Source of the DNA: Actinomycetes bacterium
Lineage (GTDB): Bacteria; Actinomycetota; Acidimicrobiia; Acidimicrobiales; RAAP-2
Assembly: GCA_021844425.1 (NCBI GenBank)
Contig: JAKBTL010000042.1
Span: 2,133-66,132, forward strand
Reading direction: 5' to 3'
DNA: 64,000 nt
The position numbers were made by a program, and so were the translations under genes. The number at the start of each line of letters is the position of its first letter. Position 1 is the first letter of the stretch. A model generated the notes under the pieces. The model searched no databases and was not told where the DNA came from. It saw only the letters and a list, made by a program, of their open reading frames with translations. Below, one piece after another: positions 19,057 to 28,615 of the stretch.

Positions 19057-19679
19057 AGGTCGAGGCTGAACCTGGTCACGTCCGCGTCGGACGGCGCGTG
19101 GCGGAAAGTGGTGGGGAAGACCACCACGCCGGCCTCCCAGAACCACCCGTCGGCGCTCGCGCGCTGCGCGAGGACCTCCGTCGCCCCCTTCTCGGCGCGG
19201 GCCGGGCCGACGTTCACGATCGACCACCCCCTCGTGCGCAGCTCGGTGTGGAAGAAGCTGACGATCGTTGCCTGAGAGGACGCGAGTTGGAAGGTCATCT
19301 TGGCCGAGTACTGTGTCTCCCCGCTCCACGGCGACGCCGCCACCCTCTGGGCACCCCTGGGCACGACGAGAGCGTCGAGCACGTCTGCCGGGGGTGTTCC
19401 GAGGATCTCGATCGGGTGCAGCGCCGCGCCGGCCGGTACGGCGACGAGGCCGGTACCCCTGAGCGGTGCGTCCCTCGGCACGGTGGACGAGCGGGTCGTC
19501 GTGAGCGCGGCGCCGACGCCGAAGACGACGACGACCAGCAGCGCCACGCCCACGACGACGAGCGCCGGCCGGATGCTCGGCATTGGAGTGCGGCGAGGCG
19601 GGACCGGGTCCGCCGGCACGCCCGCGGGCGGCGGGGGTGGTGGGACGTGCGCAGCGCCGGGAGCTTCGAGCCGGGCCAT
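19032..19679 (-). CDS. Membrane-anchored hypothetical protein (Pro-rich N-terminus, single TM)
   Basis: 215-aa ORF with one TM (ALVVVGVALLVVVVFGVGAAL) and good coding-like composition. Overlaps the convergent upstream gene by 25 nt. Confidence 0.55.
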   Translation of the reverse strand: MARLEAPGAAHVPPPPPPAGVPADPVPPRRTPMPSIRPALVVVGVALLVVVVFGVGAALTTTRSSTVPRDAPLRGTGLVAVPAGAALHPIEILGTPPADVLDALVVPRGAQRVAASPWSGETQYSAKMTFQLASSQATIVSFFHTELRTRGWSIVNVGPARAEKGATEVLAQRASADGWFWEAGVVVFPTTFRHAPSDADVTRFSLDLYEMPDAT

Positions 19680-19782
19680 GACTGCCTCAGCCTAGGACCG
19701 CTCGAAGGGCGGTGGTCAGCGACCCGTCAGCGGCTCGGCGGGGGGCGGGTCAGCGACCCGTCAGCGACCCGGCGGGGGGTCG

Positions 19783-21515
<1,733 letters not shown>

Positions 21516-21554
21516 GGCCGGGCTGTCACCTGGGCCCGCGACATGTCGCGCGGC

Positions 21555-22391
21555 TCACGCCTGGGCAGCGGGAGGCGCGGGCTTGCGCTGGGCGCGACGG
21601 CCCTTCGAGAAGAGGCCGATCGTGACGGCGAGGTACACCACGTAGACGCCGAGCTGTGCCGCGGTCGGCCGGTCCGCATAGCCGAAGAACGTGTGGAACA
21701 CGTCGCCGATGGAGCTGCTCTCCGAGAGCGCGCCCGCGGTGCTCCACAGGTGCGGGCCGACGACGGGCAGCCAGTGCAGCTGCTGGAGGTTCTCGACGGC
21801 GTCGGCGAGGATCCCGGCTGCGAAGACCATGAGCAGCGCCCCGACCACGGTGAAGAACCGCCCGATGTCGATCCTCCTGCCCAGCCGGTACATCACGAAC
21901 GCGGTCGCCAGGGCGACGGCGAGGCCGCCGGCGCCGCCTGCGATCACGCCCTTGCCGCGCGAGGCGAACACGATGGCGAGGGTGAAGACCATCGTCTCGA
22001 GACCCTCGCGTCCGACAGCCTGGAAGGCGAGCAGCCCGAGACCCCATCTCGCTCGGCCGTCGAGAGCCTGCTCGGCCCTCGTGCGAAGCTCCGAAGAGAG
22101 GACGCGGGCATGATGCTGCATCCAAAAGGTCATGTAGGTGAGCACTGCCGCGGCGAGCAGGTAGGTCCCGGTCTCGAAGATGGTCTGGACGCGCGACCCC
22201 GCGTACGTCGTCAAGAGCAGGTACGCGGCCACGCCGCCGCCGAGCATCAGCACGACCGCGGCGCCGACGCCGAGGAGCACGTCGCGAAAGTGCCGCCGCT
22301 GGCCGATGCGGTCGAGGTAGGCGAGGAGGATCGCGACGATCATCGACGCCTCCACGCCCTCTCGGAGGAAGATGACGAAGGTCGCGAGCAT
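21555..22391 (-). CDS. efeU: FTR1/EfeU-family high-affinity iron permease
   Basis: 278 aa, polytopic. Two REGxE motifs (REGVE, REGLE). Confidence 0.85.
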   Translation of the reverse strand: MLATFVIFLREGVEASMIVAILLAYLDRIGQRRHFRDVLLGVGAAVVLMLGGGVAAYLLLTTYAGSRVQTIFETGTYLLAAAVLTYMTFWMQHHARVLSSELRTRAEQALDGRARWGLGLLAFQAVGREGLETMVFTLAIVFASRGKGVIAGGAGGLAVALATAFVMYRLGRRIDIGRFFTVVGALLMVFAAGILADAVENLQQLHWLPVVGPHLWSTAGALSESSSIGDVFHTFFGYADRPTAAQLGVYVVYLAVTIGLFSKGRRAQRKPAPPAAQA

Positions 22392-22546
22392 GATCTCAGG
22401 TCTCCCGAACTCGAGATGAACGGACAGCCTATCGTGCGACTGTGCCGAGCCGGTACCTTGCGGCTGGAGATCACTCCGGCGTAACTACCGCGATGTGACT
22501 TCTTGGGGTACGATGCGCGAGTCGGACGATCGCACGGGAGGGCCCG

Positions 22547-23098
22547 ATGACCGCGACGGAGACCGAACGGGATGGCGCCGAGCAGGGGAGCGGCGAGGGG
22601 TACCGCGGCCCGACGGTGTGCAAGCTGGTCGGCATCACCTACCGCCAGCTCGACTACTGGGCGCGTACGGGTCTGCTGCGGCCCTCTGTCGCGGACGCGC
22701 GGGGCAGCGGCAGCAAGCGTCTCTACTCCTACCGGGACCTCGTCGAGCTGAAGGTCATCAAGCAGCTGCTCGACGCCGGCGTCTCGCTGCAGTCCGCGCG
22801 AAGGGCCGTCGACTGCCTGCGCCAGAACCTCGGCGTGGACCTCGCGTCCGCCAAGCTCGTGCTGACGGAAGGGCGCTCGGTGCTCGCGCAGACCAACGGG
22901 GAGGTGGTCGACCTGCTGGCCGGCGGCCAGGGAGTGTTCAACATCGTGCCGCTCTCCGGGGTCGTCGGCGAGCTCGACGCCGCGATCGTGGAGCTCGGCG
23001 GCCGGCGTGACCCGTCACTGCCCCTCGGCTGGGATGCCACCGTTAGTGGCGCGGGGTCGGGCGTGGGGTCGGGCGTGGGCAAGGTGTCGGCGCGTTGA
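22547..23098 (+). CDS. MerR-family transcriptional regulator (Rv1830-like)
   Basis: HTH VCKLVGITYRQLDYWARTGLL...RLYSYRDLVELKVIKQLL. The tail has a GSGV repeat. Confidence 0.8.
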   Translation: MTATETERDGAEQGSGEGYRGPTVCKLVGITYRQLDYWARTGLLRPSVADARGSGSKRLYSYRDLVELKVIKQLLDAGVSLQSARRAVDCLRQNLGVDLASAKLVLTEGRSVLAQTNGEVVDLLAGGQGVFNIVPLSGVVGELDAAIVELGGRRDPSLPLGWDATVSGAGSGVGSGVGKVSAR

Positions 23099-23195
23099 CC
23101 AAGGTGCCGACGGCTGCTCCCGTCGACGGTTCGTTCCGCGGAGGGCTGCTCGCGCCGGGGCCGGCCGGCGGGGGGCCGACGGTGAGCCGCGTTTC

Positions 23196-23630
23196 GTGAG
23201 CCGGCACGACTCCGCCTGCACTGGCGCGTCGGCGCGGCGCGGGGATCAGGGCGCTGCCTACCGTCTTCGGCACCCCTCGGCGTCGCCGGCGGCGCGGATC
23301 CGCTTCGCGCACCCCTCCGAGCGGGTGTTCGCCGCGTTGCTGGAGCTGCACGGCATTCGTTGGGAGTACGAGCCCGTGGAGTTCACGCTGCGCTGGGACG
23401 AGGAGGGGACCCCGTCGGGCGGCTTCCGGCCGGACTTCTGGCTGCCGGACCTCGGATGCTTCGTCGAGCTCACGACCGCCGACCAGCGGCTGGTCACGCG
23501 CAAGAACGCGAAGGTACGCCGGATGCGGGAGCTCTATCCCGAGGTGGAGGTGCTGGTGCTCTACCAGCGGGACTTCCTCGAGCTGCTGGCCCGGCACGGC
23601 TTGGACCCCTCGTGCGCCGGTGCCGCGTGA
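23196..23630 (+). CDS. Hypothetical protein; conserved-looking C-terminal domain with a possible endonuclease-like (RPDF...VEL) core
   Basis: The C-terminal about 110 aa (FAHPSERVFAALLELHGIRWEYEPVEF...GGFRPDFWLPDLGCFVELT...YPEVEVLVLYQRDF) look coding. The start (GTG 23196) is a guess. The N-terminal part of track ORF 23007.. looks non-coding. Confidence 0.45.
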   Translation: MSRHDSACTGASARRGDQGAAYRLRHPSASPAARIRFAHPSERVFAALLELHGIRWEYEPVEFTLRWDEEGTPSGGFRPDFWLPDLGCFVELTTADQRLVTRKNAKVRRMRELYPEVEVLVLYQRDFLELLARHGLDPSCAGAA

Positions 23631-23690
23631 CGGCGCGGGCAGCCGCGCGGGCGACCGTCGAGGGCGAGGCCGAGACGTAGGCTGCTCCCG

Positions 23691-24773
23691 ATGAGCTCGA
23701 CGAGTGGCGCGCTCCGCCGGACGCCCCTCTACGACGTGCACCGGTCGCTCGGGGCGAAGCTCGTCGAGTTCGGCGGGTGGGAGATGCCGCTCGCGTACCC
23801 CTCGGGGACCTTGGCCGAGCACCGCGCCTGCCGGAGGGCCGCCGTCGCCTTCGACGTGAGCCACCTCGGAACCGTCCGCGTGGACGGACCGGGCGCGTTC
23901 GAGGTGCTGCAGGGGACGCTCACGAACGACCTCATGAAGATCGCGCCCGGTCGCGCGCAGTACACCCACCTCCTCGAGGAGGACGCTTCCGTGGCCGACG
24001 ACATCATCGTGTGGTGGGTCGCCGAGCAGGTCTTCGACGTGATGCCCAACGCGTCGAACACCTCACGGGTGGTCGCTGCGCTCGGAGGCACCGACACCAC
24101 TGCGCAGCGTGCGGTCGTGGCCGTCCAGGGCCCAAAGGCGCGCGAGCGCCTCGCCGACGTCGTACCCGAGGCGGCGGCGGTCCCCAGGTTCTGCGTGGCG
24201 CATTTCGAGTGGAAGGGGGCTCCGTGCACCGCGGCGGGGACGGGGTACACGGGTGAGGACGGCGTCGAGTGCGCGGTCCCTGCGCACGTCGCCCCGGGGT
24301 TCTTCGCCGCGGTGCTCGACGCAGGGGTCGTCCCTGCCGGGCTCGGCGCACGCGACACCCTTCGGCTCGAAGCCGGCCTCCCGCTCCACGGGCACGAGCT
24401 CGGGCCCGGCATCACGCCGCTGCAAGCTGGCCTCGGCTGGGTCGTCGGCTGGGACAAGGGCGAGTTCAGGGGCCGTGCGGCGCTCGAGCGAGAGCGCGCC
24501 GCCGGGCCGCGCCGGACGCTCCGCGGCCTCGTCGCCGAGGGCCGCCAGCCGCTACGCGACGGGGCGGAGGTCACGTCACGTGGCGAGAGGGTCGGCACCG
24601 TGACGAGCGGCAACTTCTCGCCGATGCTCGAGCGCGGGATCGCGCTCGCCTTCGTCGACACGGTGGCGGGGATCCCCGACGGTGCGCACCTCGTCGCGGT
24701 GGTCCGTGGCCGGGAGGTGCCTGTCACCGTCGGGAGGACCCGCTTCTGGCCGCCTCTGGGAGGGGCGCGCTGA
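23691..24773 (+). CDS. gcvT: Glycine cleavage system aminomethyltransferase T
   Basis: 360 aa. TPLYD.H..LGAK...FGGWEMP..Y and FDVSHLG motifs. Confidence 0.92.
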   Translation: MSSTSGALRRTPLYDVHRSLGAKLVEFGGWEMPLAYPSGTLAEHRACRRAAVAFDVSHLGTVRVDGPGAFEVLQGTLTNDLMKIAPGRAQYTHLLEEDASVADDIIVWWVAEQVFDVMPNASNTSRVVAALGGTDTTAQRAVVAVQGPKARERLADVVPEAAAVPRFCVAHFEWKGAPCTAAGTGYTGEDGVECAVPAHVAPGFFAAVLDAGVVPAGLGARDTLRLEAGLPLHGHELGPGITPLQAGLGWVVGWDKGEFRGRAALERERAAGPRRTLRGLVAEGRQPLRDGAEVTSRGERVGTVTSGNFSPMLERGIALAFVDTVAGIPDGAHLVAVVRGREVPVTVGRTRFWPPLGGAR

Positions 24774-26158
24774 TGCCCGACTACCTCCCGCACACCGACG
24801 CGGACGTCGCCACCATGCTGGCGTTCCTCGGGCTGTCCGACATCGACGAGCTGTTCTCTGCGGTGCCGCACGCGCTGCGCCTCGCCGGCGGCCTGGCGCT
24901 GGCGAGCGGGGAGCCCGAGCCCGACGTGCTCGCGCACATGGGCGCCCTCGCCGGAGCGAACCGGGCGGCGGACCTGGTGTGCTTCGCGGGCGCGGGGGCC
25001 TACGACCACGAGGTGCCGGCGGTCGTGCGCGCGCTCGCCGGGCGCTCGGAGTTCGTGACCGCGTACACGCCCTACCAGCCCGAGGTCGCCCAAGGGGTGC
25101 TCCAGGCGGTCTTCGAGTACCAGACGATGGTCTCGAGGCTTTCGGGGCTGCCGGTGGCCAACGCCTCGCTCTACGACGGCGCGAGCTCCCTGGTGGAGGC
25201 CGTGAACCTGGGGGCGGCTGCGAGCGGTCGGGGGACCGTCTGGGTGTCCTCAGGCGTCCATCCGCACTGGCGGGCGTGCCTGCGCACGTTCTCCCGGGGC
25301 TCGGGTCACCGGATCGTGGAGATCCCGCTCGTCGACGGGGTGAGCGCGTGGCCGCATGACCCCGCACTTCGGGGCGACCACGAACCGCCTGGCGTGGTCG
25401 TGGTCGCCTACCCGAACTACCTCGGCTGCCTCGAGGACCTCGCCGCCGTGCGTCGCATCGCCGACGCGCACGGCTCGACGATGGTCGTGGCGCAGGACCC
25501 CGTCGCCGCCGGGCTCCTGCGCTCGCCGGGCGACTGGGGCGCGGACGTCGTCGTCGGGGAGGGCCAGGCGTTCGGGATGCCGCTCTCCTTCGGCGGACCG
25601 TACCTCGGGCTGTTCTCCTGCACGATGGCCCAGGTGCGCCGCCTCCCTGGCCGTCTCGTCGGCGAGACCGTCGACGTCGCGGGCCGCCGGGCGTACGTCA
25701 CGACGTTGAGAGCGCGCGAGCAGGACATCCGGCGAGAGAAAGCGACGTCCAACGTCTGCACGAACCAGACGCTCATGGCGGTGACGGCCGCCATCCAGCT
25801 GGGATGGCTCGGCACGCAGGGGTTGGCGGAGGTCGCCCTGCGCTGTGCGAGGGGCACCCGGTACCTGCGCGACGGCGCGCTCGGCATGAGCGGTGTCTCG
25901 CCGCTCACCGGGGACACGCCGGTCGTCCGGGAGCTCGCGCTGCGCACGGCCGTGCCGGCGCGCACGGTGATCGACCGCATGGCGGCTGAAGGGTTCCTCG
26001 CCGGCGTCGCGCTCGACGAGCTGACCGGCGAAGGTGGCGACGGTTCCGCAGACGCCAGCGCGGCGGAGCACGGTCTGCTCGTCGCCGTCACCGAACGCAG
26101 GACGCTCGCCGAGTTGAACGCGTACCTCGTCGCCCTCGAGAAGGCGGTGCGGCCGTGA
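24773..26158 (+). CDS. gcvPA: Glycine dehydrogenase (decarboxylating) subunit 1
   Basis: ATG 24773 overlaps the gcvT stop (TGATG). MPDYLPHTDAD...ML, AYTPYQPE.SQG-like (TAYTPYQPEVAQG). Confidence 0.9.
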   Translation: MPDYLPHTDADVATMLAFLGLSDIDELFSAVPHALRLAGGLALASGEPEPDVLAHMGALAGANRAADLVCFAGAGAYDHEVPAVVRALAGRSEFVTAYTPYQPEVAQGVLQAVFEYQTMVSRLSGLPVANASLYDGASSLVEAVNLGAAASGRGTVWVSSGVHPHWRACLRTFSRGSGHRIVEIPLVDGVSAWPHDPALRGDHEPPGVVVVAYPNYLGCLEDLAAVRRIADAHGSTMVVAQDPVAAGLLRSPGDWGADVVVGEGQAFGMPLSFGGPYLGLFSCTMAQVRRLPGRLVGETVDVAGRRAYVTTLRAREQDIRREKATSNVCTNQTLMAVTAAIQLGWLGTQGLAEVALRCARGTRYLRDGALGMSGVSPLTGDTPVVRELALRTAVPARTVIDRMAAEGFLAGVALDELTGEGGDGSADASAAEHGLLVAVTERRTLAELNAYLVALEKAVRP

Positions 26159-27801
26159 CGACCGAGGTCCCGCCGGACGGGACGGCAGGCGGCCACGACC
26201 TGCCTGGTGGCCGGGAGCCCGGGGGCCGGGCCCCCGGGGGCCGCGCGTGGAGCGCCCCGCTCATGGGCCGTGCCGAGGAGCCGACGCTCTTCGAGCTCTC
26301 AGAGCCGGGTCGGCACAGCTGGCAGCTCCGCACGACGGGCGTTCCGGAGTGGAGCGCCGAAGAGCTCCTCCCCGCCGCGCACCGCCGGCACGAGCCTGTG
26401 CCGCTCGCCGAGGTGTCCGAACGGGACCTCGTCGCACATTTCACGCGCCTTTCGCACCGGCAGTTCTCGGTCGACCTCGGCGCCTACCCGCTCGGGTCGT
26501 GCACGATGAAGTACAACCCGAAGGTCTGCGACACGGTGGCCTCGTTGCCGGGGCTGGCCGGGGTGCACCCCGCCGCCCCCGCACAGATGAGCCAGGGGTG
26601 GCTCGCACTGCTCGTCGAGCTCGAGGAGGCGCTGTGCGCGGTCACCGGCATGGCCGCCGCGACCTTCCAGCCTGCTGCCGGCGCGGCGGGCGAGCTGACG
26701 GGGCTGCTTCTCATGCGGGCGTACCACGAGGCGAGGGACGACAGGCGCCGGCGCGTGATCATCCCGGACTCGGCCCACGGCACGAACCCGGCCTCGGTCA
26801 GGATCGGTGGCTACGAGGTGACCACGGTGCCGTCGGACGACCGGGGTTGCGTCGACCTGGCCGCGCTGCGCTCGGTGCTCGACCGCGACGTCGCGGGGAT
26901 CATGCTCACGAACCCGAACACGCTGGGGCTCTTCGAGGAGGGCATCGAGGAGATCGCAGCCGCCGTCCACGACGTGGGCGGTCTCCTCTACTACGACGGC
27001 GCGAACCTGAACGCGATCCTCGGCGTCGTGCGCCCTGGGGACATGGGGTTCGACATCGTCCACCTGAACCTGCACAAGACCTTCGCCACGCCGCACGGCG
27101 GCGGCGGCCCCGGCGCAGGGCCTGTCGCGGTCGGCGAGCACCTGGTGGACTTCCTCCCCGGACCTCGCCCGGTCCGGCTCCTCCACGAAGCACAGGAGAG
27201 CGCGGCGTCGAACGGCACGGGTGCCGCCGCGTACGGCTGGGCGATGCCGCCGCGCTCGATCGGGCGAGTCCACTCCTGGCACGGCAACGCGCTCGTGCTC
27301 GCCCGCGCGCTCACCTACATCCGCGTCCACGGCGGCGACGGGCTGCGCCGGGTCGCCGAGCGTGCGGTGTTGAACGCGAACTGGCTGCGCGCCCGGCTCT
27401 CGTCCGCCTACGACGTGCCGTTCGACCGGCCGTGCATGCACGAGGCGGTGCTCGCTGCCTCCACGCTGAAGCGCCGCTACGGCGTACGTGCGCTCGACGT
27501 GGCCAAGCGGCTGCTCGAAGAAGGGTTCCACGCGCCGACCGTCTACTTCCCTCTGGTGGTGGACGAGGCGCTCATGGTGGAGCCGACCGAGACCGAGAGC
27601 CTCCAGACGCTCGAAGCTCTCGCCGACGCGTTCGAGCGGATCGCCACCGACGCGGCTGAGCCGGCGGGCGCCGAGGCCGCGCACGCCGCACCCCGCACGA
27701 CGCCGGTCGGTCGTCTCGACGAGGCGCGTGCAGCCCGGGTGCTCGTACCGACCTTCGACGCACGCGCGGACGTCGGGAAGCAAGGAGCGTCAGGGCCCTA
27801 G
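26155..27801 (+). CDS. gcvPB: Glycine dehydrogenase (decarboxylating) subunit 2
   Basis: GSCTMKYNPK, SAHGTNPAS, and the PLP-lysine context NLHKTF. The start overlaps the gcvPA stop; internal Met MGRAEEP is an alternative. Confidence 0.9.
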   Translation: MTTEVPPDGTAGGHDLPGGREPGGRAPGGRAWSAPLMGRAEEPTLFELSEPGRHSWQLRTTGVPEWSAEELLPAAHRRHEPVPLAEVSERDLVAHFTRLSHRQFSVDLGAYPLGSCTMKYNPKVCDTVASLPGLAGVHPAAPAQMSQGWLALLVELEEALCAVTGMAAATFQPAAGAAGELTGLLLMRAYHEARDDRRRRVIIPDSAHGTNPASVRIGGYEVTTVPSDDRGCVDLAALRSVLDRDVAGIMLTNPNTLGLFEEGIEEIAAAVHDVGGLLYYDGANLNAILGVVRPGDMGFDIVHLNLHKTFATPHGGGGPGAGPVAVGEHLVDFLPGPRPVRLLHEAQESAASNGTGAAAYGWAMPPRSIGRVHSWHGNALVLARALTYIRVHGGDGLRRVAERAVLNANWLRARLSSAYDVPFDRPCMHEAVLAASTLKRRYGVRALDVAKRLLEEGFHAPTVYFPLVVDEALMVEPTETESLQTLEALADAFERIATDAAEPAGAEAAHAAPRTTPVGRLDEARAARVLVPTFDARADVGKQGASGP

Positions 27802-27802
27802 G

Positions 27803-27928
27803 GACTGCTCCACGTGCGGGTTGTGCGCCCTCGCCTGCCCTCCGACAGCGATTGCGTACGACCCGGGTGCTCAGGTGCTCGAGGTGCCGCTTGGCCGGCG
27901 CCCCGGCGCTGCGCAGGTTCGCTGCTGA
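27803..27928 (+). pseudogene. Orphan 4Fe-4S ferredoxin motif without a usable start codon (putative gene remnant)
   Basis: The frame +1 relative to gcvPB reads DCSTCGLCALACPPTAIAYDPGAQVLEV, a complete CxxCxxCxxxCP motif, then stops at 27926-27928. There is no ATG/GTG between the gcvPB stop and the motif, and no second Cys motif. Confidence 0.35.
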
Positions 27929-28064
27929 GCAGTTGCGGTTGTGTGTGCGGCGCGTGATGGCCGCTTCGATCGGGCAGACCGAGCGGCGACCCGAAGTGGG
28001 TGCTGCGACATGCGACCGGAGGTGGGCGGACCGTGGTGCGCCCGGAAGGGAATGGAGGTTCGCG

Positions 28065-28199
28065 ATGCTGGCGGAGATCTTCGGCTTGGACGGCGTGCTG
28101 GTGCTCGTCACCGTCCCGGGGGTGCTCTTCGCGGCACCGGCCATCCCGAAGCTGGCGCGGAACCTCGGGTCGGCGAGGAGCGAGCTCGCAAGGGCCTGA
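28065..28199 (+). CDS. TatA/E-like mini-protein (44 aa), possibly truncated by a frameshift
   Basis: GGAGG lies 7 nt upstream of ATG 28065. The product MLAEIFGLDGVLVLVTVPGVLFAAPAIPKLARNLGSARSELARA has a TM helix plus a (P)KLARNLG hinge/amphipathic start like TatA. See findings for the -1 frame continuation. Confidence 0.45.
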   Translation: MLAEIFGLDGVLVLVTVPGVLFAAPAIPKLARNLGSARSELARA

Positions 28200-28218
28200 A
28201 GGAGTCCGCCGCGGCCAC

Positions 28219-28290
28219 GGATGTGGCCAAGGATGTGGCCAAGGATGTGGCCAAGGATGTGGCCAAGGATGTGGCCAAGGATGTGGCCAA
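28219..28290. repeat. 12-bp perfect tandem repeat x6 (ggatgtggccaa)
   Basis: Read directly. Encodes (DVAK)6 in the frame that continues the TatA-like ORF after a -1 shift. Confidence 0.95.
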
Positions 28291-28370
28291 GGCTGCCGGC
28301 TGGAGCTCCACGCGCACGTCGACTGCAGGTTGGATGGTTCTCGACCTGGACCTCCGGCGTGACGGGAGGT

Positions 28371-28466
28371 GACCGGGCGCACCGGGCGCACCTGGAGCAC
28401 CGGGCGCACCTGGAGCACCGGGCGCACCTGGAGCACCGGGCGCACCTGGAGCACCGGGCGCACCGG
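28371..28466. repeat. 18-bp tandem repeat, about 4.5 copies plus flanking partials (caccgggcgcacctggag)
   Basis: Read directly. Intergenic, about 150 nt upstream of the hydrogenase-like operon. Confidence 0.95.
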
Positions 28467-28559
28467 GCCATCTGGCGCACTAGGACGGTGAGCCCATGCG
28501 ATAACGTGTGACCCGCCAGATGAGTCCCTGGTGGGCCGACGTGCCCGAACTGCTCGCAC

Positions 28560-28586
28560 GGGATGCGGCATCCCGCGCGCGCTAAT
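28560..28586 (+). promoter_or_regulatory. Palindrome gggatgc-g-gcatccc followed by a gctaat (-10-like) hexamer upstream of the operon
   Basis: 15-nt perfect palindrome at 28560-28574. GCTAAT at 28581-28586. GGAGG at 28606-28610, 5 nt before GTG 28616. Confidence 0.25.
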
Positions 28587-28615
28587 GGCCTCTACGCGAT
28601 TGCGTGGAGGCACAT

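Noticed and set aside
28170-28200. Programmed -1 ribosomal frameshift joining the TatA-like ORF to the (DVAK)6 frame
   Set aside because: There is no X XXY YYZ slippery heptamer or obvious downstream stimulatory structure. A mutation, indel or genuine short ORF is more parsimonious.
28219-28466. Possible CRISPR array. The same question applies to the arrays at 47236-47437.
   Set aside because: The units are directly abutting tandem copies (12, 18, 15 and 28 bp) with no unique spacers. No cas genes are present in the window.
27795-28540. DosR-type operator (GGGACT..AGTCCC) in front of the hyc-like/USP operon
   Set aside because: Only isolated half-sites occur (GGGACT at about 27801, AGTCCC at about 28524). 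No 20-bp palindrome is present.
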